The notes beneath the pieces are model-generated. The model was not told where the DNA came from. It was given only the letters and a program-made list of their open reading frames with translations, and ran no database searches. A program made the position numbers and the translations under genes. A stretch of 63,573 nucleotides of DNA, filler included, from Intoshia linei (Eukaryota; Animalia; Orthonectida), in assembly GCA_001642005.1 (NCBI GenBank). It is 10 parts of 10 records of this genome, joined end to end, with 100 filler letters (N's around TTAATTAATTAA, not from the genome) between each part and the next. Parts side by side here need not be neighbours in the genome. Positions count along the whole stretch, not along the records: positions 39,518 to 47,212 come from LWCA01001542.1; positions 47,313 to 52,140 come from LWCA01001862.1; positions 52,241 to 60,940 come from LWCA01001431.1; 7 more parts are not named here. One strand, 5' to 3'. Position 1 is the first letter of the stretch. Each line of letters begins with the position of its first letter. Below, one piece after another: positions 39,926 through 53,528 of the stretch.

Positions 39926-42900
39926 AGTATGTAATGTAATGTATAGATTAATGAAACAAACAAAATGTTCACTTGTCCCTCCAGAAAATCTGAAAATAAT
40001 TATTTACTATGAAAAATATGTCCACCTTATTGTACGTGTATAATATTTTATACAAATAACTACTTTGGGTAACACTGCATAATCACATACCAGTTTTATA
40101 TATACAAAGGTGTCGTTTCGAGCACAATTTAACTGATATTTGGTGCTATTACTTGGAATATGAATAAATAGAATGCTCCCAATTTCGAGCCAAACTTTCA
40201 CAATGTTTTTATCTACATTTAATTTTGTGATATTTTTATTTGTTGCGTAAATATAATGAAATTTGGCTTGCACAGCTTCCCATGCTTGAATTTCAGATAT
40301 AATTCTAAGTTTGCCATATTTAATATAATTGTATACAATTTAATAAATATTCATATTATCACATTTTAATTAGACATGGTTAATTTTCTAAAACTCAATT
40401 TACATCTTTGTTAAGAATCAATTATCACATCAGGTTTTTCAATTAACGGTTATTTTTGAGGGGATTATAGGTATTTTTAAAAATAGTTTAAATAGGAATT
40501 TATGTTTAATTTAACTCGTTTGAAAGTATAAAGTTAAAACAATTTAAAAATATAATTACATCAATTTTGGATCAAAGTATAAGCCTGTTTTGTTGCAAAA
40601 AAAAAAATTAGCCAAAAAACAAGTTTGATTAAATATTACTGACCTCACTAATAGACAATATATGATGCATGTATTATTAATATTAAAATGATACTATACC
40701 TATAATCTTGAGCATGTAATAGTGTTTTTGATTCAACAAGATTGATATAGGTGAATGAATGAAATATTTTATATTTAATATTACATCTACTAGTAGTAGT
40801 AACATTTGTATGGTTTAATTTCTCTATATAATTTGATTCCATATCAAAACAATTGTAAAAAAAAAATTCTGAAAATTATAATTATTTTAATAGAATTATT
40901 AATATATGTAAATTATACCAACATATTGACTGTTTCTTTCTAAAAAATGTCATAAATATATTTATAATTTATGAATCATAAAATTTGAGTTATATGCGGG
41001 GTCGTGGAGAGGGGTGCCATATGGACCGGGTCTACAATGATGAGAGACCTAATATTGGAAAATTTCTTAAGTATACCAAAATTATCGTATAATAAAATGT
41101 TTTATGCGATTTCCAACGATTATTTTTAATTTTAGATAATGAACGATGGATTATATCACATCGCAAAGTATAGAGGTTCGATTTTTGAAAAAAAATTGAT
41201 AGGGGTTTATCATTTACATTTGGCCGGGTCTAATGCTGGATCTCCAACCCTGTTTATAGGATCAGACGAATTAGTAACCAAAATATTTTATCGAACCCTA
41301 GGGGCTAGACCAGTACTACATTTGGCAACCGCTGCTGTAAATTCTAAAATCTAATAAATGACTTTTATTGATATTTTAATTCAGACAATAAACTCACAAT
41401 TAACATTAAATAATATAATCAAATAAAACGAACCTGATTTATTTTTGTCAATGGAATCAGCATTAATCCGTACTGTATATATCAAAACATATAAGAAAAT
41501 TAGACAAGTTTTAAACTCTAACATTGACATGCACATGGGTTATTCACATTACATATTCTTGACAAAGGAACACTTCTGGTAGGTGTATGTACATCATAAT
41601 CGATATTGTTACTGCAGTAATTACTTGGTATTATATATGCATTTAAATAGAACAATTATTGCGTAATATGTAAAAAATTTATTATACATGTTAAATATTC
41701 ATTGGAAACTAAAGCTAATTTCTAGGTTAATTTGTGTTTTAACCTACACTTTGTATTCTTTTTAAATTTTTCCCACTCACCAATCAAAGCCAGTGTTATG
41801 TACAGAAATTTAAAATTTTTTTTTTATTTTACTGTACTCAGTATCTAAAGAACTAAGTTGAACACACTAGTCATCGGATCTTTGAATGCGTGAAATATTA
41901 ATTTATTATTTTGGAGTAAAGAATGACGCTTTAAGATTAATGTCACATTTATTGTTTAGTTTATCATATTTACACATGTAGTTATTACTATACTATTTGG
42001 TTGGTCGTTTTTGGCAAAATTTTCATTAATTAATGAAATAATTTTAATTATTTTTAAATTTTAATAATAAAAGAATAATAATACGAACTCCATGCTTTAT
42101 TTTATAAAAATTTAAAAATGTAATATAAGTTGCCACAATTTTCAGCTGGCTTATAATTTTTTCGAAAATACTATTGTATCATCTGGGTTGTTCTTGAGTC
42201 TTATAATCAGAGGTGTTGCCAGCAAAATTAAAAAATTAATTTATTTTTGTAAAATACATTATTGTAGAGTTGCCAGATGTTGGGATTTTATCCCAAATCC
42301 TAGACGACAGCTAAATTATTATTTTAAAAATCCCACTTTTATCCACCATTAATAAAATTAAATAATAAAAAGTATATATATACAATATTAATATCATGCG
42401 GTTGGTTGACAAATATTACATCATTTGAAATCGTGGCATTAATTTTTTAACTAAATTCATAATACAAATAAAAATTTATTATTCAAACTAGGTTCTAACA
42501 TTTAATGCAAATTTTATAGTATATTGACTTGAAAGGACTTTATACTTTTCAATTTGAAAGTCAAAATGTATAGTGAATATTAATGTTTTAGAGCAAAATA
42601 TTCAAATTTAATTAATATTGAAATTATGGTTATATCAGTGCTGTGTAAAGATTTTGGTAAAAAATGAAAATTAATTTAAAATCAAAATAATTATTATACT
42701 ATAAATTTTAAACATGCTATTTACATACACGTAATAACAAATTTACAAAATATAGGTCACGATGATTTTTTTCCATCTAATTTATGATTTGCACAAAAAA
42801 GCAAAATATATTATATAGAATAAATGGTAAATATCTAATACATAACACGCATCTGTATAGACCACCTCGATTTCAAATAAATAAACACTTGAATACTAAG

Positions 42901-43297
42901 TGGATAAAGGTAATGAGTATATATATAAATGTGAATATTAGCTTTATATCTATACAATTAATAGGAAATTGAACGTGAATGATCTAATTTTTTATCGATT
43001 TAAGAATTGTACTATTGGAATTCGATTAAAATAGTAACACCAGTACTCTCCTGATGTCGTCACAATAACCGTTGCATAAAATTACACCAGATATTGAATT
43101 TCCAAACGTAATTCTGCTCATAGGTGACGGTAATATATATAGACACTTAATAGAATCTGAAATCTAAACAAATATAGATTGTATTCTTAACTCATATATT
43201 GCCATAATAATTAAACTTTCATTCCAAATTGCATCTAAAGAAACACATTTATATAATCAGCATTAAGTAAATACCTACAGTCAACCTCAATCGAACC

Positions 43298-44075
<778 letters not shown>

Positions 44076-44162
44076 TTATACTGTAAACTTGGTTAATATA
44101 TTGAAATGTTTTATTTATTACATAAAATAATTTGTGTCGTACATATCAGTTTATTTATTAAA

Positions 44163-44878
44163 TTATTCCGAAATAACTTTGCGTAGTTCTAAAATAAAAT
44201 AAATCAATGTAATATTTTTTCAGTATTTTATGAACTGACAATTAATTTAATCAAGTAATGAAAATCAAATACGAGTCAAATGTACGTTTGAAAATAATAC
44301 CTAAGGCGTCCTCTTTGTTTTCATCGTCGTAGTATCCTTTAAGTATTTTATTTACGGTATATCCCAATTTTTCATATACTTTAATGGCTATTGTGTTAGA
44401 AACTCGCACAAACAAATCAACGTATTTGCAATCGGATCTAAAAGTAAATATCCCTTTTAAATTAATAAATTTTCTCGTCAATACAAGAAATGATAATATA
44501 ATTAGATTTGGAATAGTTTCAGAAATTTTAAGAATTTTTTTCACATTCTATAACCCAGGGGCAGTCAAACGTTCTTCGCCGTGGACACCTAAACATTAAA
44601 ATAATATATTTCATGACCCTGAAAATAAAAATATTACATATAGACCACTTTCACGGGCCGTTAACCTCAACCGTTTAAATGTTTTATATTGATTTATAAT
44701 CAGAAACTTCAATAACCCAATTTGGCAACGCTGATAAGACTATTAAAATGATGCTTGGTTTAAATTAAGGGAAATGAATTAAACAATACTATACTTACTT
44801 CCTCGAAATTTGTTCAAAGTTGTTAATTAATCTTTTAGCTATACCAATGTTACGATATTCTAACCGTACGGAAATTGC
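44163..44878 (-). CDS. NAA20: NatB catalytic subunit NAA20-like N-acetyltransferase, last 3 exons
   Basis: AISVRLEYRNIGIAKRLINNFEQIS|..YVDLFVRVSNTIAIKVYEKLGY..YY..EDAL|ELRKVISE*; 5' exons not located. Confidence 0.8.
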
Positions 44879-45093
44879 CTAAATTATTTTTATCACTTCA
44901 AATATATAAAAGTACATCTTAAAAATTAACATTTGAATTATAAATTAATAATGATATCAAATTGGCCCATAAAATGATCAATAATACTTACTCTTAAACT
45001 ACATTTCCTACAATTTAGTCTAAACTTTAGATATCAAAAATGCAATCAAATTATTTTATATTATTTTATATATGGCATGCTACTGTTTAACAC

Positions 45094-45145
45094 TAGACAT
45101 GTGCAATACCAATACCAAGAAGTATTGGTATTGTGAACATGCCTA
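45094..45145. mobile_element. 52-bp hairpin mini-MITE (hAT-like)
   Basis: TAGACATGTGCAATACCAATAC-CAAGAA-GTATTGGTATTGTGAACATGCCTA flanked by a perfect 8-bp TSD tttaacac. Confidence 0.75.
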
Positions 45146-45354
45146 TTTAACACCACTCATAAAACAGATAGAAATCTAAATATTTTTGCATTCAAAGGAT
45201 TTAAAATATGAAAGATAATATTATTACAATGATGATCAATCTAGATTTCATATTATTAAACGTGACTTATTTTTCATATACTTTCCAGGTAGAGTGATCG
45301 ATATTATTGTAGTAAAAAAATTGAGTTTTGTAAAAATATTATTATCACACTAAT

Positions 45355-46127
45355 CAGAGCCGATTTAAGGCATGGGAAATATAGGGTGTAGCCCAGGGCC
45401 CCTCATTAAAAAAGGCCCTAAATTAATAAAACTACTTTAAATTTATATCTTAAAAAAGCCACCAATTTATTAAAAAATACTCACATTTATATCTTAAGTA
45501 TCAGTTTATACGTTTTGAAGTGTGGGAATTCAAATAGCTAAAAAAAAAATTGTTTAAAGAATCAGAGTTCTGGTAATTATTCATATTAAAATATATTCTA
45601 CAATGTTCATCATATAATATTGACATAAAAACTGTTTCAAATAATAATATTAAACATTAAAACCTTTCTATTAAAATGAATATTCAAAAAAAAAATAAAA
45701 AATCTTTGATTTTATCTTATTAATTTTCAACTGTTTATAATATAAACTTTATATAATCAAACTTTCATGATAATTAAATACAAAATTAAAAATAATATTG
45801 ACAAAAAAACTATTTCAATTGAAAATTACAACATTTCTAAAAAGTAAATATTCAAAAAAGAAAGTAGTATTCAAATGAAAAAGTAAACTTTGTTCATTCA
45901 TTAATGTAAGTAGGTTTTTGTAAAAGAAATATAAGTGTCTAGAAACCTACATAATATATTTTAATGCTTTTATTAATAATCAATAAAATAAGACTCTAAG
46001 TCTCCAACTAATAGTATGCCTTGTCTTATAAACAGGGGTCCTATTTTTTTATCGCTTCGCTCGAAATTTTAAAGGTCCTAGGCCCTTTGCTTAGCCCAGG
46101 GCCCCGAAGTCGCTTAAGACGGCTCTG
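45355..46127. mobile_element. hAT MITE, longer inverted copy of 29307-29785
   Basis: TIRs CAGAGCCGATTTAAG / CTTAAGACGGCTCTG; perfect TSD acactaat. Confidence 0.88.
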
Positions 46128-46919
46128 ACACTAATATCTTGTAGACTCATATAAAAATCTATAGTAAAATATAATTTTACAGTTAAATTTAGTCATTTGA
46201 TTTGACTAGATTTATTTTGTTGGAAAAGAATCAGACTATATATACTAGGAGTGTGAATTTTTTCACTTTTTTGCGAAAATATAAAAGTGCCACCCCATAC
46301 GTGGAAGATGGAGTTGAATAATACACAATTATCAAAAAATATATATAAATGATTAAAAAAACCCTGAGGCAAGCACTTCAAAATATGAATAATGAGCAAA
46401 ATTTAATCTATTTTGTATTTATTCAGTTTTCTCATTGGAATCGGTTTTTTATCAATTCGGCGTTCATTATTCGCGAGACGATAATTTTGCCCATCTTTAT
46501 AGCTATTTGTATAAAAAATATTATATTTAAAATAATATTTTTAAGAAAATGGTTATACAGTCAGACCTGTATATATTGAACACTAACTTAGAAAAAATAA
46601 CGATGTTCATTATAGAGTTTATAGTGAACTTTTATTATCCTTAAAATGCGGATTTTTCCACTTGAAGCGTCATAATAAAGTTTGATCGAATCAAAATATT
46701 TTTGAAAATACAACCGAATATTCACAAAAATACTAAGTAAAATTAACAATTTTAATTAAAATTATATTCAATGTTTTAAATTTTTTTTAATGTAGAAAAA
46801 TAATCAGTTAATTTAGCTTGTCTCGACAATATTTCCAATATTATATCATTTATCACTTTAATATATTATTAATTCTATTTGGATAATTTTCAATGTACCA
46901 TTGTTGTAACTGTTTAGAA

Positions 46920-47212
46920 CAGGAGTTCTCAAACTTTTTGGTTCATTTTTAATTTTGCTCGCGGACCCCTAAATAAAACATGTCCAAAAAAAATGAAATT
47001 TATTGATATATTCTCAGCCGTAGCTCCCACAAACATTATTAATTCAAATTAAATTTTATTAAACTAATGTGAAGGATGTTTCTGTTTGATTTTTGACAAT
47101 TCAACCATTCTTGGTTCTGTTATGGATACAGCACATAGATTTTGTTTTTATTTGTACAAGTGTTGAAAATGCCTTTTCACATTCATAGGTTGTTGGAAAC
47201 GGCATAAGTATT
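46920..47212 (-). mobile_element. Buster-type hAT transposon 3' end
   Basis: ILMPFPTTYECEKAFSTLVQIKTK (hAT dimerisation domain); TIR CAGGAGTTCTCAAAC. Confidence 0.8.
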
Positions 47213-47312
47213 NNNNNNNNNNNNNNNNNNNNNNNNNNNNNNNNNNNNNNNNNNNNTTAATTAATTAANNNNNNNNNNNNNNNNNNNNNNNNNNNNNNNN
47301 NNNNNNNNNNNN
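47213..47312. other. Artificial contig spacer
   Basis: 44 N + TTAATTAATTAA + 44 N. Confidence 0.97.
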
Positions 47313-47920
47313 TCGTGTACACTTCCCACAGTCGATGGACAAGAAAATAATGCATAATGGGGCTTGCATGCCATAACGCCTACTTCTTTTTTCAAAGCAT
47401 TAAACTTGTGTTTCCTATCCCACATTCTTTTTCTGTCACATTCCGTACCCTGGGGTCTATATACTTGAATACTAGTATTGTCCACTACAAGCCCTATATA
47501 TGGATATTTTCCAGATAAAACAGTGGGTCGCATTCTTTTATCCCACCATTTTAGTGTTAACATTTTATTTATCGGCTTTCTCATTCGATCAATCGCCCAT
47601 GCCACTGTACTTAAGTTTTTCTCATTGAAAATTTTAGCAATTATGTATAAATTTTTACCGGTTTTGAGTCAAAATAAGTATGTAATGAAAGCTCCCATAT
47701 CACCAATTTTCGGTTTAGAACCTCTTCTTTTTAGAAGATACACATAACTTTTAATTTCTTCAAACATTATCGTTATTTCGATTTTTGAAAAGTTTGTACA
47801 CTGATGAAACGAGGACGCATTATTTAAAAACTTAAATACCGGATCTTCAGGTTTCTCATCAGAATCTAGCAGGTGGTCAAAATCATTAATTTTTTCTAAC
47901 TTCAGTTCATTTTTTTCAAT
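47313..47920 (-). pseudogene. PIF/Harbinger-ISL2EU-like (IS5-related, DDE_Tnp_4) transposase, N-terminal half
   Basis: HTH region, then LVVDNTSIQVYRP..WDRKHKFNALKKEVGV..GSVH; in-frame TGA at 47669-47671 (YLF*LKTG). Confidence 0.72.
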
Positions 47921-49974
47921 TGATTTATTTAAAAATAAATCAAATAATAAAAATAAAAAATGATAAAAGATAGAGTATTATGACGTTCTAATGAATGCAT
48001 TTCAAATTAGTCAAATTTATTATAACCATATCATTTTATCACGTCTATTACATAATTTTAAGTAAGCAATCAATTTTGTAATCAAATGAATAATTTATGG
48101 AATACTTTATGGTAATCGACAGACCGCGGTTTCATTGGTGTCATCAATTAATTTTTAAAATATAATTTATTTTAAGTTTTACATAATCATCAAATTTGAT
48201 GACTAATTAGTTTGAAATACAATAACATAATATGAAAATTCACTTGATAAAACAAAAAATACGAAGAATTGTTATTTTTTATCCAATGAAACGGTTTTTT
48301 GCGAGCAACAATTATTTTATATCACAATTTTAGTTTTAGAGAGTTATTCATATATTTATTGATAAATCTGTATTTTCCAAAACATGCTAGTGTTTAATGA
48401 ACACTGTTCATGTTAACATGTAAGTTTGATAACATTTACATTATATTAATTGAAACTGTCTGAAATTTAAAAAAAACATGTTTGATGACATTTATTTTTT
48501 AATCAAATAAAGACACAAGATTATCCAGCAACTAAATTTAATTAATTAATAAATATAATGGGATTGACATACACTGTATTTAAATTTGAAACATGAAATA
48601 ATATAGTGTTTAGTATTTTTGGAATTTTTTATTGTAGTCATTGTATGTACATAAATTGAGAGTGAGATAATGGACAGCAAATTACAAATAAAGAATAAAT
48701 ATTTATTAAATATTGTACAATGCACGTTAATTGCTTCGATTCATTATGGTAAGAGTATTTTCTCTAATATATTCACCAATTAAGTTAATTATCTAAATTT
48801 AATTGATTAATATCTTTAATTGCATCAACTTACACGTTCATTTGAAACACCTATGTCAAGAGTTTGGTACGTACATCGAAATGTTTTAATTAGTCGATTA
48901 ATCATTGATGTAGCTGTAAAGTTGAATTTTTTAGCATCATATAATCCAATTAATAATTTTAACTTTGTAGACTACTAATTAGAAAATAGTGACATTTTTA
49001 CATACTTTTGAATTTTTTTTTGTTTGATCGTGAATAATTGACAATACCCTCTCTGCTAATTGAAGACCATTCCTTCGACATTTTTCAAAAAATATTATTT
49101 GAATATCAGTTTTTTCAATCAGTCGAAAAATTAAGTTTTTATGTTTGATGAGATACTAAATGACTATATTTTATGTATTTATTATAAACACATAAATATA
49201 AACTTTATATGTAAATTATTTACGCTCAAATTTTTATCAACCGAAATGATATCCATGTAGTGATTAGAATAATTAATCTAAAATTTGAATTAAATTAAAC
49301 CAAATTTTCTTTATGTTAATTTACGGTAGTGTATTACATTTTGCATTTTAAAGTCTTTTTCTAAACCTAATACTGTAATTTGTATGTGTAATTTAAAATA
49401 ATTATGGTGGCAAATATTGTATTTTTGAGTTTCAACTGTAAAATGTGACGCCCTTTCATTTGGTGCTGTTTCTCGTCTTTCTAGTCTAGTAATGTATATG
49501 ATGAATGCAGTATTTTTTAAAGTGGATTACTTATTTTTGTTATGTTTAGTTGATTCCAACACTATCTTTTCTGATGCTTCTTTGAAAGCAATTGTCGGGA
49601 ATACATCGCAAGTGTTTCGTGCATTGTACTTGTATACTGTATCAAACATCTTACAAAAACAGAATAGAAAATTCCACTTTACTACAGAACAAATTCAAGT
49701 TTTCGGTAAGTAAATTATCTATTGTTTAAACAACGCTTTTCAAATATTTGTTATTTGAAATATCGAATGTACTTGAATTTTCTAATATAGACATGTTCAA
49801 ACGTACATAATCATGTAGATTATAATTTATCTCAATACCTAAAATTGTGTATGTTCTTTTCAAGTAAATTTTAAAAAATGGGCAAAAGACTGGTACTACC
49901 AGTGCATACGAGTATTTTGAGAAATTAAAGCGTAACACCTTACTTAGTGCGACCATAAATACATTATTTTATAA

Positions 49975-51890
49975 AAAATACGTGCATTTTTTGGTATTTT
50001 ATCAATAACTCTTCGATTAAATCTTTGTAATTTTCACATCAATTGTTTCCAAGAAAAAATGAGATTACATATTTCAAAGCATTAAACGCATTTTTTTGTT
50101 CAGGTTTAAGCGTACAGTGCGCGACATAAGTCTTAGGCACCCCCATTGTAATTAATTTAAACACTCCTGGTTCATGATTTAAAACATTTTCTTACATAAT
50201 ATTAAGTGTACGATACAATAACAAATATTTAACAATCTTAAAAAAGTAAAAACTATAAAAAAAATTTAATAATTAATGAAATATAGGTATTTTTAATTAA
50301 AACTGCAAAATTCCGAGCGACATAAGTCTTAGGAACCTTCATAATTTCAATTAAACTGAATTAAATTACAATAAAAACTACAATGTAATGATCTAAAAAT
50401 GAAATATTATTATTATTTTAGTAAATGACGCGCATAAGTAACAAAAAAAGATGTTGTGTCTATTCAAGGAAGGAAAAAGTCAGGTTTTAATAAGTAAAAC
50501 CTTAATAATGTCCCGATGTACGGTTCAAAATATAATTAAAAAAATATAAAAAGAGGTTAGGCATAGCTGATTTGCCAGTATCCAGTAGAAAACGCATGCT
50601 AACATTTAGGAAGAGGCTATTATAAAAAGGGAATCAATTAAAAACCTATTCTTGACAGCTTTAGAGGTCAAAAACTACTCGAATAATTCAATTAATCCAA
50701 GTTTGAAGACATTGGAACGTGTATTATATAGAAGAATGGCAAGTCGAAAACCGTTTCTGAAAAAAATTCACAGATCAAAGCGTTTAAAATGGTGTAAAAA
50801 AAAGTGGCATGGACGAACAAATAGCAAAATGTAGCCTTTACTGATGAAATTAGATTTGAATTGTTTTCAAAAAGAAGAGTATATGTATAAAAACCCAAAA
50901 AAAACAACGTTTTTGTCAAGGTACACAAGTAGAAGCATAAAACATAGTCAATTAATTATGATATGGGGAGGTATTAAAACAAATGGAAAAAGAATATTGA
51001 TTAAATGTGAAGGAGGAGTAAACCCTCAAGAATACCAGAGAATCCTTGGACAAGAAAATGAGGAAAAAGGATTATTTTTCCATAGAATAAGGATGCAACG
51101 AAATAGAGCACCGTGCCACACATCAAAGACAACTCGCCGATTTATCAGGGTAAATCGTATAAAACATTAAAACATTGGCCCGCGCAAAGCCCAGATCTAT
51201 ATATTGTTGAACATATTTGGAAAAATTTGAGGGATACGGTATATAAGCTGCATCCAGTCAACTTAGAAGAACTATTGAGACATATACACGACGAATGGGA
51301 CCGCGTACCTCTAAAAACTATTTAAGGGTTGTATGCCTCAATGCCTAGAAGAATTGTATCAGTGATTAAAAATAAATAATGGAATACTGAATATTAATAA
51401 TTTTATATATATTTATCTAATATTTTTATTTAATTAACATAATTAATTGTATTATTTTATAGGTGCCTAAGACTTATGTCGCTCGGAATTTTGCAATTTT
51501 AATTAAAAATACCTATATTTCATTAATTATTAAAAAATTTTTATAGTTTTTACATTTTTAGGGTTGTTAAATATTTGTTATTGATCATACACTAGATATG
51601 ATATAAGAAAATGTCTTAAATCATGAACCAGGAGTATTTAAATTGATTACAATGGTAGTGCCTAAGACTTATGTCGCGCACTGTAGATCGAAAATGTACA
51701 TCTTTTAATAGTTTTCTAATTTGTGGGCCATTTAGTATACCAGCCATTAATTTAGCGTCTCTGAGATTAGGAAAATTTTTTTTTAATGATGCCCATGTTT
51801 TGGTGGTTCATTGTTATTGTATTATCTATTCAATCCACATAAAAATTGTTTAACTAATTCAAGTTTTATATTAAGTGGTGGACCACCAAT
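49975..51890 (-). pseudogene. Decayed Chapaev3-like transposase interrupted by Tc1
   Basis: PPLNIKLELVKQF..FPNLRDAKLMAGILNGPQIRKLLKD..[Tc1]..EQKNAFNALKYVISFFLGN..NYKDLIEELL; family assignment from the recalled motif PPLHIKLG/GPQIR/FLGN. Confidence 0.6.
50115..51683 (+). mobile_element. Full-length Tc1-like IR-DR transposon with decayed transposase
   Basis: TA|CAGTGCGCGACATAAGTCTTAGGCAC ... GTGCCTAAGACTTATGTCGCGCACTG|TA; ~225-bp TIRs with an inner repeat; RKPFL..RLKWC, FTDE, MIWGGI, APCH, WPAQSPDL..EHIW across frameshifts. Confidence 0.95.
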
Positions 51891-52140
51891 TTTACAAAGA
51901 TATATACAAAATAATTTTACCACCAGTGGTGTAAGTAATTAATTAATCAAATAATAATCATCAGAGGTGAAAACCGGTTGACAAAACCGGGAGAATTGTA
52001 CGGTGGTTTTCCCGGTTGATAAAACGGTTTACAATGGTAGACAAAAAAGTACATAAAAAAGATTATTTAAAGTAGTAAATCATTTAATTGAAACGTCTAT
52101 TAATTTTTAAGAATAGTATATCTTCAATTATATTGGAATT

Positions 52141-52240
52141 NNNNNNNNNNNNNNNNNNNNNNNNNNNNNNNNNNNNNNNNNNNNTTAATTAATTAANNNN
52201 NNNNNNNNNNNNNNNNNNNNNNNNNNNNNNNNNNNNNNNN
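52141..52240. other. Artificial contig spacer
   Basis: 44 N + TTAATTAATTAA + 44 N. Confidence 0.97.
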
Positions 52241-52269
52241 CATGTATCAAATTTTGTTTCTCCATCTCT

Positions 52270-52530
52270 GTACAGAGTTCGAAATAAAGAATACGTGGAT
52301 TACTTTCTAAAATATAAAGATCTGGACTTGACGTATTGTGTAGATGTCGACCGTCTAATGAAAAAGTTGGGATTTAAATATTGTTCTAAGGATTGGTTTA
52401 TGTTCATTGACTGTTGTAATTACAGTATCAAAGCTATAAGTTATATATTATATACCCTATTATCCCTGTTGTATACAGTAATTCATTGAAAGAAACATAT
52501 CATGTTATCAAAATAATATTAAAGTTAATA
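52270..52530 (+). pseudogene. Chapaev3-like transposase fragment
   Basis: LTYCVDVDRLMKKLG..KDWFMFIDCCNYSIKA, then after a frameshift YPIIPVVYSNSLKETY; resembles WRLFIDSS..SLKA..PSIP..LKETY. Confidence 0.55.
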
Positions 52531-53528
52531 ACATCATGTAAATCAGTGTCTCCCAACCCATTTTGCGTTATCGCCCATTTTTTGGAATTTTATATATTAT
52601 TTATATATATTATTTAATATCGCCCATTAAAAATAAAATTTTAATTTCAAAATGTAACGTTATATATTGTATTCACGAACAAATACAATTATTTTTAGAT
52701 CTAATATGTCAATGAATCTACTTTCTATGTCTTTTTGAGGTGTTCTTCTTTCTTTAAAAACGGTGGTTTTACCTCCATAGACGAAAAAAAATGTATAAAT
52801 TAAAAAAATATTTTTACACTTTAATTCAATATTGGTAAATACACAAGTTAATGTAATATAATATTAAAATATAAAAATCATGTGAACGTTAACGCCATAA
52901 ATCACAAATAAGTAATGTTCAAGCCTCGTTTTTAATATCTTAGCGACTAGAACCGAAGGTTATATATGGCTCTTTTTAATCGTTAAAGTGAGTTTTATTT
53001 GATGTGATATACTAATGTTAGGTGTTTTTCAAAATGCGCACCGTGTAATAAATGAAGTAATTAAAAATATAGTAAGTGGATTTACATTTTTTCGTTGCAT
53101 AAATTTTCTATAAATAAAATAAAAATTGTGGCCACAATGGTTGTAAATTATTTTATATTGATAAAATGCGGCCCTTCTGAAAAAAAGTTGAGAACCCCTG
53201 TTATATAAGAAATAATTTTAAATGATTGACCCCACTCGAATCAGCATTTTTGCAACACCTTATCTAGAATATGTGATTTTACACGAAAATACACTAGATT
53301 CAAATTAATTGACTTTGATACCCTAAAGTGCACAATACGCATAATATGCATTGCATATACAAATAAATGTAATTGTTCTATGCTAACCAAATTAATTTGA
53401 GTTCAATACCCGATCGGTAAATAAAAAAAGATAGATAACCAATGTAATGTATTTTAAAATATTCAAATTCGAAATAAATCTATTTTTACTTGAAAACAGC
53501 TGAATGAATAAAATATGTATTAAAATAC

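Noticed and set aside
40007-40330. Minus-strand exon-like ORF with a GTATGT donor
   Set aside because: No recognisable family and no consistent flanking exons.
42125-42280. Clustered GTTGCCA motifs as RFX X-boxes upstream of Rab3
   Set aside because: These are half-sites only and equally explained as hAT TIR remnants (TAGAGTTGCCAG).
47669-47671. TGA at apparent Trp positions in two transposases (here and near 63330), suggesting a UGA=Trp code
   Set aside because: Host genes use TGG for Trp, and the Tc1 copy has TAG at a Trp position (~50822). Ordinary G-to-A decay explains all three.
48250-49960. Possible Sola-like transposase remnant on the minus strand
   Set aside because: Only faint motifs (KYNICH..F) with many stops; too degraded to call.
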